From the NCBI GenBank assembly GCA_051294905.1, contig CM119377.1, positions 28,892,001-28,956,000 on the forward strand: a stretch of DNA of 64,000 nucleotides, in the 5' to 3' direction. Shown here piece by piece: positions 38,890 through 51,699 of the stretch. How positions within the stretch are numbered: the stretch's first letter is position 1; the number at the start of each line of letters is the position of its first letter. Position numbers and translations under genes: made by a program. This DNA is from Botryllus schlosseri (lineage: Eukaryota). The notes beneath the pieces are model-generated. The model ran no database searches. It was not told the origin of the DNA and worked only from the letters and a program-made list of their open reading frames with translations.

Positions 38890-39948
38890 GTCTAGAGCAT
38901 GTAGCCTGTATGGGAACCACTGGTCTAGAGCATGTAGCCTGTATAAGAGGCATGAACAGAACACCGAAAGAATAGTAAGCAGACAATTCGAAACTGACAA
39001 ATCAATGAAGTGGCATGCGTCAGTAGGCCCGAGAATCTATAGTGCTAGCTACTATTTCTTGATTGGAACTAATTGCATTTCGACTTGAAATGTTGGGACT
39101 CATTGAAAGAAGTGGGACTCATTGAAAGAAGTAGTACGATAGGCACAGTCTTATATTGCAAGGAAGTGCTACAACGTAAAACAAAATCTAGTCGGCATCT
39201 TTTGAAAGGAACAGTAGGCACAGTATCATGTTGCAAGGAAAGTGATACAAAGTCAATAAAATTATCTTGTCGTCAACTCAAAATGTAGAGATTGACCAAG
39301 TGTTTAACTTTGTAATGGAAATTTGTGAGAGAGATGCTACCTTCTCATCACCTATTGCGATAGCTGACTGCGGAGTGAAACTGCTCAGGTGGTCACTTTA
39401 TCGTGCAGACGTTTAAACAGTCTCTTTGCGAAGCTGTGTGAAAAAACCGGATCATCAATGACGTTACGTAAGTGACGAGCTGTCTTATATCCAACTCAGA
39501 TGCATCCTCAACACACAGGTCGTAAACCCTATGAATGAAAGATTCATAGTACTGACCACTGAAAATGGCGATTTTGGCATTTTCGAAATTGATGAAAGAT
39601 GGGTGACGGTTGGCTTCTTTACGGAATGTCAGATAAACATGTTCACATAAAACATATACTCTTCTGTAGGATACATTAAACACCCAGCCTTCCTTTCTAT
39701 AAATGAAATAAAGGAGCCACGCGGTTGGTCGTTGCAAAGCAGCTTCACAATGTCGAAACGAAAGCGCTCACGTCCATAGGAGGTCCTCGTGCCTTGTTCA
39801 AAGCAATGATATATATACAATGATTGGAAACTACTGTGAGCTCTGCGTTTCAGCGTGTTCCTGGTCACGCTTCATCGCATACACAGTTGTGCTGTAAACA
39901 ATGGCTTCCTCAGCAATACTTCCATGAGGAACTAGCAATGATATATAA

Positions 39949-42900
39949 TAGGGTGGAGTGAAAATGACTTTTTTTTTTCAAATCAAAAAAGGCCTTCCTC
40001 AATCCTGACAAATGACCTAAAACTTCAATTAAAAGTGACTTCAGGGTGTTGCCCCCATTTTCCAGCCGGCAACCCCCCAATTTCTGCGCGTGGGGGGGTA
40101 AAATGGCCCATCTCGGCAACCGCTGGTCGTAGAGTCATGATTAGGGCCATTTTTATATGACCTTAAAAAATCAATTATATGACTTTATTTTTGGGAAAAT
40201 ATGACTTTATATGACTTTATGCGAAAATCGTGTATTTTTACATGTAACCAACGTCACTCATGGAACTGACGAGTAAAACATGAACAACATAACAGTAATA
40301 CACATCCATTTTTATTTTAAACCACTTTTGTAGTACAGTTTCATGTAGTGTGGAATGTTGGAGTCTTCAAAGTTACGATTTGGACGTAAAAATGACTTTA
40401 GTAAGGAAAATGAGCGCTCCACAGACGCTGATGTTGGTTGACACTTCTGCAGTTTGGCATACAGCGCTGGTGAAATGTCTTGTCTTTGTAGCTCCATAAT
40501 TTGTTTCACGTCGGTTTTGTCCAATCGCTTCTTAATGTAATTTTTGAGCTCAAGATGATCTTTTCCGAAATCGAGGGCATTTAGATCAGCATGAGCCTCT
40601 TTGATAGTGTACGCACAACTTTCCATTTTCAGTATCAAGTTTGAAATATTGTTGTAGTGGAGGCATATTTCTGTTAACTGACTCGTCAAATTTGGATCGT
40701 TCACTGAATCTTTGACGCTCTTTACAATAACTCCTTCAGCTTCCCGTGCGCTGACTATTTCTTTCACTTGTGGAAGTCTCTGAACTTCAAATGACGTCCC
40801 ACTTCAGTGCACAGAAGTGAAACAGATTGTGTAGAAAACAATGCAATGTGTGACCTCATAGGTCTGCGACTGTAATGTTATGTAGGCTAACCTTACAGTT
40901 TGCCTTCGTTCAATCAGAAATTGCCTTACGGTACTTTCTTAGTGCGTAATTGCTTCAATTGGCACTTTTTATTTAAAGTATTCAACAATATGACTTTATA
41001 ACTCAAATATGACCTAACCAGGAGAATATGACTTTATATGACTTTATAACTTTCTTGATATACCCTGTATGGATGCGGTTTTTGCGTTAAAATTGATTTC
41101 ACGACTTACTGATGCATAGAAAAAAATATGACTTTAAATGGCCCTAGTCATGATATATAGCTCAAAATCTGCGGAAGCATCATGTTTCTATCTGTCTTCT
41201 GAAGAAAGTTTTCTCTATTGTGAACACAAAATGAGTTATAGCCAAAAAACTATATATACGCACATTTTTGTTGAAATTCAGCATTTATTCTGACGAATTG
41301 TGATCTGTCATTAGTTTTTTTTTAAAGTAAAGTAACACAGTGGCAATGCCGAATATTGGGCCCATATTACAAATATATTCACAACACAGTCCTTTTAAAA
41401 ATCGGTTCAAAACATCATAATGAAAGACTCACATTTAACGACTTTTATTAAAAATGCATTCTTTTGTAAAGTTTTTTCATCAGTTTACGAGACTTAATTT
41501 TTCGGCGAATGAGGCCATCTCGTCTTTGAAATCCCGAAACTATTGCTGATGCTTCTGTTACGAGCTTTACATGTCGTTCCACTGTTTGATTGTGGCATGG
41601 ATGAAACAAAATCAGAGGCTTCTCGCGGCATTCTTCTAACTCTGTATCAGTTAAGTGCTCAATCGTTGGAGGAAGTTGTTGATAAGGTTCAATATCAACC
41701 AATTCGTGGTATGCGTTGGCTTTGGGACACAGAATAAACGAATAGAACCCCAGTTCAATTGGTTGGAACTGCTATGACTTTCAATGTCCACAAGTGAATT
41801 TTATTCAGCGGCATGTTTTCGAAACGCAAGCACCTTGGTCACACCCTTATTTCGTATGTCTTCATTATCATCTACCAGCATTGCAATCATAATATTTTCG
41901 GGGTGTGCGGAATAACCGTTTCTTATCACCACATTCGGAGCAATTTTTCGAACGTTTCGGTCAGAGAAATTCAAAACCTGTTTAATCAAGTTGAAGATGT
42001 TTCTGGGTCCATGTGTTATATGTTTGTTTCCCTTGATCTCAAACCAAGTTGGAAAATATACTTCAAGGCAAAAACGAACCAGAATCTCCAGGTTTAAAGG
42101 TTGTTCATTAACTGTTACATAATACCGTAAAACTCTGCACTGCATCCTAAAGTTAGCCATCTTGAATGCGCAACCGGTGGTCCAACCTCCAAGTAAGCCA
42201 GATCATCATCAGCATTTCCTTGAATAATTGCCCAGCACATTTATAAGCATATAACTGGTCCTTACTTAAGTCACTAACAATTTCCTATGGGAGCTTTTGA
42301 AAGGCCATAAGTGGTGGCGAGAGCTTTTTGAATTGAGTAACTGGCCAACAAGATACACTTCCACGTAGTTTTTTTTCAATTGGGTGTGACCAAGGTGCTG
42401 GCGATTCGAAAACATGCCGCTGAATAAAATTCACTCCTGGACATTGAGAGTCATAGCGGTTCAAACCAATTGAACTGCGGTCCTGTTCGTTTATTCTGCG
42501 TCTCAAAGTTGAACTTGGAAGCAAAGGTATACGACGAGTTGGTTGATATTGAACCTTATATCAACAACTTTCTCAAGCGATTGAGCACTTAACTGATGCA
42601 GAGTTAGAAGAATGCCGCGAGAAGCCTCTGATTTTGTTTCATCCATGCCGCAATCAAACAGTGCATGGAACATCATGTAAAGCTCGTAACAGAAGCATCA
42701 GGGCACGTTTCGGGATTTCAAAGACGCGATGGCCTCATTCGCCGAAAAATTAAGTCTCGTAAACTGATGAAAAAACTTGACAAAAGAATGCATTTTTAAT
42801 ATAAGACGTTCAATGTGAATGTTTCATTATGATGTTTTGAACCGATTTTAAAAGGACTGTGTTGTGAATATATTTGTAATATGGGCCCAATATTCGGTAT

Positions 42901-43283
42901 TGCCAGTGTGTTACTTTACTTTGAAAAAAACTAATGGCAGATCACAATTCGTCAGAATAAATGCTGAATTTCAACAAAAATGTGCGTATATATAGTTTTT
43001 TGGCTATAACTCATTTTGCGTTCACAATAGAGAAAACTTTCCTCAGAAGACAGATAGAAACATGATGCTTCCGCAGATTTTGAGCTATATATCATGACTC
43101 TACGACCAGCGGTTGCCGAGATGGGCCATTTTACCCCCCCACGCGCAGAAATTGGGGGGTTGCCGGCTGGAAAATGGGGGCAACACCCTGAAGTCACTTT
43201 TAATTGAAGTTTTAGGTCATTTGTCAGGATTGAGGAAGGCCTTTTTTGATTTGAAAAAAAAAAGTCATTTTCACTCCACCCTA
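39949..43283. mobile_element. Foldback hATm-like derivative made of two inverted 3' ends
   Basis: Arms 39949-41846 and 42382-43283; termini TAGGGTGGAGTG; flanks ATATATAA on both sides. Transposase C-terminus HPCHNQTVERHVKLVTEAS...RDGLIR occurs on both arms; RNGYSAHPENIMIAML lies in the spacer. Confidence 0.88.
40142..41146 (-). mobile_element. Internally deleted hAT element
   Basis: TIR TAGGGCCATTT; perfect TSD GTCATGAT; C-terminal remnant QPTSASVERSFSLLK (ORF 40312-40767); ATATGACTTT subterminal repeats. Confidence 0.93.
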
Positions 43284-45685
43284 ATATATAATTCATTGGG
43301 TATATTTACCAGTTGCGATTAGCGTTAACGTGTTGAATAGCTTTAAAAGCGCATTTCTTTCGCGCGTCTGGGATTTTTTTCTGATTATGCTAGCGGACCG
43401 CTGCCATATAAACGTTGATTCACGTACACGTACTTCGTACAGTCGTACACCTAGTTCACAAGATAAATTTCTCGCGTATCGCAAATCCAATTCACACATT
43501 GACGACTCGCAATTCGCAACCCCGTGATGAAGCCTTGTGACGACCAACGAGGCTTATGTTCACACAGTCGCGGACGTTCAACCATTGTTGCAAGTGACAC
43601 AACCTGCATTCCAACTTGAGGTGTCGCTTTTCCATCATATTGCTAAATCAATAACATCATATATAATTAAATATCAAGCAGACGTAGTTTTTAAAGAAGT
43701 AATTCTATCATTTTGAGTACTCGAGTAGGTTTGCCTACTTTCTTGACTGATTGTGTTTTCACACTACTCACCAATCAAAACCATCACAACTTGGTTTTTG
43801 CCAGGGATATCTAGATATCCATGGGTTTTGAAAATAGCACCCACATATTCAATGGTCATTTTGCGGTAGTCACTAAGCTTCACCCTGCAATTTCAAAAGT
43901 GACTATTTCCAACTGACTCCGAGCAAACAACGAAATCTAATGTTAGAACTTTTTAAAATTTATATTTTCGCTACTTCTATTTGAACCTGAGTAAATCATT
44001 GTAGCAATACTTCCACTACTTCAGTAGCAACGCTGCATACATCACCCACCTCTGAAAAAAGTCCCCATCCATGATCATTCCACAAAACCTTGATGCCTTA
44101 CAATACAGAATTGAATTTTCAGGATTCCATCATGTTATGTAAAGAAATTAGGAATGATGAAACAAGATACATACACTTCACAGATGGAACATTACGAATA
44201 CATAATTTAATCCTTAAATCCCTAATTTAATGATGCATGCATTTGAAAAAAGTAACATTAATATGCAACTGTACAGAACTAGATCGATGAATTGATAACC
44301 ATGTGGACAACAAAAACAGTTTATGCGTGATTTTTTAGGCAATAACAGTGCTAGATATCAATTTTTGTCATCCTCAACTTGGGAAAAGTATTTGGATGAT
44401 GTCCTTCAAAATTGCAGCAGTACACTCGCTTGGCTCAAAAATGGCCAATTACGACCCGAATGATGCCATATCCACTCTTGATGAAATCTGCCTTGTTTAG
44501 ATGTTTGTCCAGTCCATCTTTGCTTGCTCTCGCCCGAATCATTGGTAGGATGGGGAACAACTGTAGTGCAGAATATGGATTCGGCTATTTGACCGTACCT
44601 GCCCAGGGTTATTAAATGCAATATGGCTTCAAGTCGGCGTTGTAGCTGAACTCGGTTGATGTATTCATAATGTCGAACCACTTGTAAATACCGGCAAACC
44701 ATGCAGAAGCTTCTGTAGCCTCACCTCTCCTCGCTCGCATAATACGCGCAACACTATTGGACCGAAGCTGGGCAACAAAAATCTCCCGCATCTTTGCCAA
44801 GCTTTGCATACGAAAACGTGCATCCGTCAATTTGCAGCATCTCAATTCCGTCGGTTCAAACAGCCGTAAAATGTCGCCATCGAATAAATTTACCATCCTT
44901 GTTGAGAATTTCCGTACCACCAGTACGACTGGCGTAGAGGTTGTTGCGTACGGTTTTTAACAAATAGGGAGGGTCGAAAATCAAAAATATCTCATGCTGG
45001 GGGTTGAACATATTTTTGCATTTGTAAGGATACATATTTTTGCATTTGTAAGGATACTCTTTGTAAGGCTACTCTAAGTTCAATATTCAGCTCTTGGAAC
45101 ATCTTGCGATTTGCACTGAGTCCATCAGCAACAAACGCAGCTACCCGAAATCCACAATCCTCCAAGATGCCGACACACTTACAGAATATATTCGAAAGTT
45201 GAAATGAAGCCACCGACTTTGTTACGTAGTATGTCAAGGGTTTGGAAACAGACGTTACCAGGCCACTGGCATAAACTTGAGGAGCATGTGTAGCTGGTTC
45301 ATCATCATCTACAGGTGTCGACTCCCCAAGAAAAATGAATCCTACCATTCCGTCTTTCGTTGTACTGAATACAATATTCTCTTTCACTGAAACTGCAAAA
45401 AATCAGAAGTAGTTAGACACATGAAACATCACAGTGAACAGCATTGCTGAAATATTCGCGATGAAGTCTTCGACACAGCTATAAAGTCATGAGAACACAA
45501 TATAGCCAATCTACAGGCAAATTTAAGGTTGGAATTGCTCCAATTTTCAAATTGATCGATTTGTGTCCTGTCCGCAAGAGAAAATGCATTAGAAATTAAA
45601 ACGAAACTCGTTTTGTCAGTTTTACCAGTCAACTACCATGGGAATCAAAATAGCGCAGAGGTTTTAGCACACCCTGGTATGCAAC

Positions 45686-47984
45686 CAGTGATGAGCACCG
45701 GAGCGGAGTCGGAGTGGAGTCGGAGCGGAGTTTTGCCAATTTTGTGATACCCGGAGTGGAGTCGGAGTTTACAACAGATATTTTTCCGGAGTTTTACGGA
45801 GTATTGTTAGTTTTGCCCCCGATATCTTTCGATAGCTTTGACCAGAAGACACTATTGATTACAAACCAAAACACAGACAGTTGACACCTTGTAAAGTTGT
45901 AATATGACCGGTAACATGCAAAAATGATTGACAAGTGCATAAAAATCAGCCATCTGGACTGCAATTGGGGACTGGAGAGTAACCTAGTGATCTAGCAAGG
46001 CATATCCGCTGAGCAGTGTCTGTAGTTCACAAACTTGAAGACACCCAATATCGTTCGCAGCGCATCATTTTCTCCCTGCAATGAGATGCAGTCTTTGAAT
46101 CCACTGCTGAATGTCACCATATTATGAGATAAGATCTCCAGAATCTTCCACGTTGCTGTCATTGCAGTCTTCTATAGTCACATCATATTCCTCCTTGCGT
46201 ATTTGTTTCGTGACTAATTTTCATGCTACCCCAGTAATTGTGCGAAACATTTACAATCAGCAACATACAGCGGGGCTTTCCTATGGTACAGCCTTTAGCT
46301 ACCCTGATTCTTCCAGCAAGTTGATGATCATAACGGAATATATCCCATTATCCTGATGACATTCAATATAGTAATAGGTCCATTTTGTGAAAATGTATTC
46401 CCAACGTTGGTATCAGTTGCAACAAGATAATATCCGATACCACTTTTGTGATAACTTTTCGCAACTTTCATCGTACTTGCAATTTGCAGTGAGAGATATC
46501 GATAATAAGTGTTACATCAATATTACCTTTATATCTGTGAGAAATATACATACAACAAGCAAGTATCTGGATGGAAACAATAATAACTTATGCAATGTGT
46601 TACATGATTTAATGACATTGCGACGAATTTTCGCTAGTAAGATCCGCTCACAGAGGCATACCAGCATCTAAGCCCGCTTTAAAGATTTCAACAATACATA
46701 AATCACTAAGGTAAGCTGATCTTACCCTGTAAAAACAGAATATTCCGAATTTCTGAACAGCCACACTAAATAACTACAACCGTCTGCTTTGCTCTGCTCG
46801 CATCAACTCAACTACGCTTCCTTCAATATTGATTGACGTAGTCAGTCATCCAGAACTCTTCTGAATTTTCGTCATGTAATGTTTGGTTTGATTGAGAAAT
46901 GACTTTGATGTGATATGAAAAATCAGCACCGCAATCAAGTTTCTGCTGCTGGTCTGTCACAGACTCCAAATTCCAGATATCATGTATCAGCTTCAAAATT
47001 GGAAGTCACTAGTCAACTTCAAGGAGCGTCGATCGGTGCGTCAGTGATGCATCATGTATGTTTAGTACAGTGCAGTTCCATCAACTGTTTCATGGCGATG
47101 CGGAACTTAATTTACTGAAACCCGTGATGTGATCATCGATTTCAGTGGTGTTAGTGGTAGTTAGTTCGAACTGACTGGTCTTCCTTCGTCGTTTTAATAT
47201 AATGGCTGAAGCACCGTCGACGTCAAGTGGGTTACTCACTAAGACGCAGAAAAAAAATGACGTGTGGAAGGATTTCACTCTGATGCTGCATGATAATAAC
47301 GGCCAGTATACTGGGTTTGCGAGATGTCAAAATTGCAATGTTCAGCTAAAGCATCACAAGTTGACAAGTGGTACGTCGCATCTTCGAAGACATATCGAAG
47401 CTTGTAAGAAGAATTGATCGCAGTTGAAATGCAAGTAAGCGAGTAATCAAAGGAGAAGGTGATCATGGGGAACACTGATCGCCGGGTGGAGAATACCGAA
47501 GAAGTGCCGGTATGCCGTGGTGTTGTGCAGAAGACGTTTTGCTATCCAGATTTACGGTGAAACGTAAGTTCGATGAGGAGGCTTCATCTTTGAAGCAGAA
47601 GCTGTCAGAGGAACTAAGAGTTGCTATTAAGTGTTATGGGCTGGCTGGCATCACCACAGATATGTGGACCGATCTAAAGGGTCGCAGTTCTATTAGCTTG
47701 ACTGTCCATTTTGTTGGAGAGAACTTGACTCTCAGAAGTAATGTTGCGACTGTTCGGCAATTCACGGATACTAAAAAATCTGGTATGAATATCAGACAGG
47801 CTATCGAAAACATCGATTGGGATTCTTCGACAATGGTCTGAATATATTTCGGGGACTGGACAAGATTCTTCGGGTTATCTCGGAGTCTGGGATTGAGATC
47901 CCCGGAGTCGGAGGGACTTTGCCTCAGAGACCAAAGTTGTCGGAGGGACTCGGAGTCTCGAAAAGCAGTCTCCGCTCATCACTG
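45686..47984 (+). mobile_element. Internally deleted hAT element with BED finger
   Basis: TIR CAGTGATGAGC/GCTCATCACTG; perfect TSD TATGCAAC; BED finger VWKDF...CQNC...GTSHLRRH (47202-47417); ITTDMWTD...SLTVHF (47512-47841). Confidence 0.93.
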
Positions 47985-48723
47985 TATGCAACACTATCTC
48001 CCCATTCTGACGCAGCCAACTATTCATCAATAAACTATTAGTGAGAAAAAAGAGTTATAAATATTATAATAGTTTTCAATAAAATTGCTTTCTGTTAAAT
48101 GGGTCTCATCGAATTTTAAGGTTGGCCACCCACCAGCAAAGCAATAAGATTACTCACACAAGCATCTTAATCAGTTTCGCTTTCAAGATATCAGATGGCG
48201 TAATTGATGCTTACCAATGTTCGGATCTCAATCTGTCTTAATTTTCCAAGCTTTTTTACGCTCATCCACAGATGCAAAAACCTAGGCAGCTAGTCAGTAC
48301 CTGAATATTGCGCATTGGCAGAAGTTTGATCAGACCTTAGTATGCAGTACTGTCTCACTATGCTCGCAAAACCTATTAACAATCTACCAACAAACGAAAA
48401 AACAGTGAAATATCTGCCAGCAAAGGTGATAGCAGTACTCCAGCACGGTCAACATTACTCAAGTAAGTGTACGCAGTCAACCTTATCCGCGCACACGCTG
48501 ATTTCGGCGGAAGTAAACCTTACAGCGTTAGGGGGCGTGGCAGTTTCCAATCATTGTATATATATCATTGGTTCAAAGTGTACCCAGCAATGTACTCAAG
48601 AGTTTCACTCTCAAATTGCTGAATTGAACCACCTTTAGTTTCATCTTCTTTGACCGAACCCTTCATTATCATTAATTTCATTGCGTCTAGAAGAAACTTT
48701 GACGCCTCAATCCTAGATGTATT

Positions 48724-50227
48724 GGCACTTCTTCGATAGTAGGTAGACATCGAAAAGTGTTCACCATGATCACCAATGAATGTTTTCCATGAACACGAAC
48801 AAAAATTTATAAACGTCAAAATATATTGTTTTTGCGTTTGGAGAGGGTTAGGGGCAAAGTTGGGTTTAGGGTATCCCAAGATTAGGGTTGGAGTATTTGG
48901 GTGGGAGGGGGGATATTAGGGTTACAGGAGGGGAATATCAGGGTTGCGGAAGGGGGGATATTAGGGTTGGGGTTAGGGGGATATTAGGGTTGCGGGAGGG
49001 AGATATTAGGGTTGTGGGAGGGGGATATTGGGGTTGTGGGAGGGGGGATATTAGGGTTGCGGGAGGGGGGACATTAAAGTTACGGGAGGGGATATTAGGG
49101 TTGTGGGAGGGGGGATATTAGGGTTGGGGTTAGGGGGTAGTGCGGAGCGGATCGACCAATTCTCTGGTCCGGTTCCGATCCGGTTGTTCAATTCTCTGGT
49201 CCGGCTCCGGCCGTATCAGGAAAAGTACTGATCCGGCTCCAATCCGGTCCGGCCAGAAATCCGGCCCTACTCGGTACGGAGGTTCCGTGAATTGATAAAT
49301 ATGCCTCGTTTATGTTCACACTGTATTGGAGGTTACTTACGTGTGGTTGGTTGGTAGTTATATAGTTATAAAAGTCATGCTTATCCATAAAGATTCTGGC
49401 CGGATCAAAAAAGTAGTGATCCGGCTCCGGCCGTAACAGAAAAAGTACTGATCCGGCTCCGATCCGGCCAAAATTGTAAACATCCGGCCGGATATCCAAT
49501 CCGGCTCCGGTCCATGCTCCGCACTATTAGGGTTGGAGTTAGGGGGATATTAGGGTTGGAGGTGGGTTAGGTTCAACGTTGGGGTTAGATTACCCCTAAC
49601 CGGGGTTTAACCCACCTTCAATCTCCCTTTCACCCAACCCTAATATCCCCTCTCCCACAGCCCCTAATATACCCTAACCCCAACATCCCCCTCCCACAAC
49701 CCTAATATCCCCCCTCCCGCAACCCTAATACCCCCCTCCCGCAACCCTAATATCCCCCTAACCCCAATATCTCCCTCCCACAACCCTAATATCTCCCTAA
49801 CCGCAATATCCCCCTCCCACTACCCTAATATCTCCCTCCCGCAACCCTAATATCCCCCTAACCCCAACCCTAATATCCTCGCTCCCACAACCCTAATATC
49901 CCCCCTCCCGCAACCCTAATATCCCCCTTCCTAATCTTGGGATACCTAACCCCAACTTTGACCCTAACCCACCTCCAATCCCCCTTTCCTCAAACCTTAT
50001 TATCCCTCTTTCCCAAACCCTAATATCCCCCTCCCATAACCCTAATATCCCTCTTTCCCCGATCCTAATACCCCCCTCCAACCCGACCCTAATATCCGTC
50101 TCTCCAAAGACACAAAAAACAACAATTCATTTTGACGTTTATGAATTTTTATTCGTGTTCATGGGAAACATTTATTGGTGATCATGGTGAACACTTTTCG
50201 ATGTCTACCTACTATCGAAGAAGTGCC
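48724..50227. mobile_element. Merlin-like foldback MITE with TTAGGG-containing arrays
   Basis: TIRs start GGCACTTCTTCGATAGTAGGTAGACATCGAAAAGTG (over 120 bp unique); perfect TSD GATGTATT; G-rich array of about 22-bp units on the left arm and its complement on the right. Superfamily inferred only from GG termini plus the 8-bp TSD. Confidence 0.8.
49138..49526. mobile_element. hAT-type MITE with CCGG-rich repeats
   Basis: TIR TAGTGCGGAGC/GCTCCGCACTA; flanks TTAGGGGG and TTAGGGTT. Confidence 0.82.
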
Positions 50228-51699
50228 GATGTATTTTCATTGAAGTAGTCCTGTGCGTGAACTTTTTCAGTTGGATAATGCCGTATCACAGTTGCTGATT
50301 CTGGTTTCGATACAAATTCGCGCCAAAATCCATCAATCTTCTGCTTTCCAAATTCAGAAAGTGAAGTGCACTACTGACTTGCTGAATGAAGTCAGCCGGC
50401 AGACTAGAATCGGAAAGGATGGCTCTCGTGCGTTTCCCAATTTTGCTAGCTGGTGCCTCATTTCCTCCACCGTCCTCCATGTCATTGTACAACAGATCTT
50501 GGATCCCATCGTCAGTCAGAAGTGATTCCCAATCAAATTCGCCTACATCAGCCATGTCCGAAAATTTACAACGATACCCACAATTATTCGAATCCCTGTA
50601 GAGAGTATATTGTATAACAACAATTCTCATGTATTCATGTACCGTATAGCCATATTTAATGCTTTAAAATTGTATTCACTTGCCCATCTCTCTAGCACTG
50701 ATTATGTAGCATCAATCGAATAACCTTGGTTAGTAACCACACGGAGTAGCTACTCGCTTAACTAACCTCATGGATAGGTATTTCTATTCAAATGCAGAAA
50801 TTAACATCCTCTTCCACAAGCTCCCAGTAAAACAAATCGAGCGGCGTAGACAGTCATCAGAGCGTGACGCCCGGCAGTGTCGCATCTACGGTTCAACTTG
50901 GTTATCTATACTTTGACAGCACTTGCGGGTATGATTCATTATGCTGTAATAATATGACAAGTGCCAAGCATAAATGACAGATTCATCCAGCCCTTACAGC
51001 ATTCAAGACTTCAATTATATACCACGACAACAGCCTAATAAGATCAGACAAAGTAGTGTCAATGTCAAGCTTTCTATTTGTATTCAATGATGGTACATCC
51101 CCTCGTTCGTTTGCCACTTGCATAAGCGCCTTTGCAATATTTTTCCGCTTGATTTTGTGCTTTCCATCAATGAAATCAAGGCATACAGACTACAACGGTT
51201 ACCTTCACAACAAGCCATCATGTCATGTATTTAAAGATGTTGTGGAGCAGCTGTTATTTGTTCATCATGTGTTTCGTTACTCAAAATGTTCCGAATTAAT
51301 CCTAAATCATGTTTGGCGGACCAAACTACAATGCGCTTACAGAATCACCGCCGTAAGCCGATTCCGTGACCAACAAGCCGCCAATGTCGTGATCAATGAT
51401 TCAATCAAACGCCGTGATTTCGTGATTACTAGTCTGCTTGCCGTTCTATGGTCGCTGACTCGCCCACTCTACGGCAGCTACTTTCAAACGCATTTAGACA
51501 AATGTTAGCGACTCTCCCGTGAGCTTCTTGCAGGTTCGTTGACGTTTCTCAACTATAATCTATAGAATGAGACATGGATACGCATAAATTTTGAGATTTT
51601 CCAAATTATGGACAACCGTAATGTGTAGACACCAAATTACTGTTATTGATGCTGTAACAAAATAAGCTTTGATAATACTTGACGTATGTGGTCTCCTGG

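Larger units (their letters stand above)
39804..48570 (-). mobile_element. P-superfamily element P#2
   Basis: 29-bp perfect TIR CAATGATATATATACAATGATTGGAAACT; perfect TSD GTTCAAAG. THAP MGR*CCIPGC...HF...GAIPTLNLP (ATG 48005, split by a hAT). Transposase remnants 45400-43750 include SVKENIVFS, FVADGLSANR and KWFDIMN. Confidence 0.92.
39330..50555 (-). pseudogene. Accessory gene of P#1, split by P#2 and a Merlin-like element; about 300 aa reconstructed
   Basis: Segments 50555-50228, 48723-48571 and 39803-about 39330 join in frame across both TSDs (YFNENT|SRIEASK; LEYIAGYTLN|KARGPP). Later motifs are RKAGCLMYP and LMIRFFHTA. A few frameshifts remain. Confidence 0.72.
32679..50909 (+). mobile_element. 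P-superfamily element P#1 with about 200-bp TIRs and two convergent genes
   Basis: TIRs 32679-32871 and 50700-50909 align with indels; ACTTTGAC flanks both sides (32671-32678, 50910-50917); terminal bases imperfect. Confidence 0.85.
31793..51620. mobile_element. Long-TIR non-autonomous element (outer shell of the 19.8-kb nest)
   Basis: TIRs of about 300 bp (31793-about 32125; about 51320-51620) starting TAGGGTTGTCCATAATTTGG; perfect TSD ATGTGTAG, which fits the Ac-type nTnnnnAn pattern. Confidence 0.9.

Noticed and set aside
45850-46900. A further P-type or captured gene inside the hAT element
   Set aside because: Only vague residue patterns in broken frames and no termini; not supportable without a search.
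48888-49121. Gly-rich ORFs (also 49893-50081)
   Set aside because: Translation of the G-rich minisatellite.
48845-50100. True or interstitial telomere, or chromosome fusion site
   Set aside because: TTAGGG is embedded in 22-bp units inside an element with unique TIRs and a perfect TSD; it is not a (TTAGGG)n tract.
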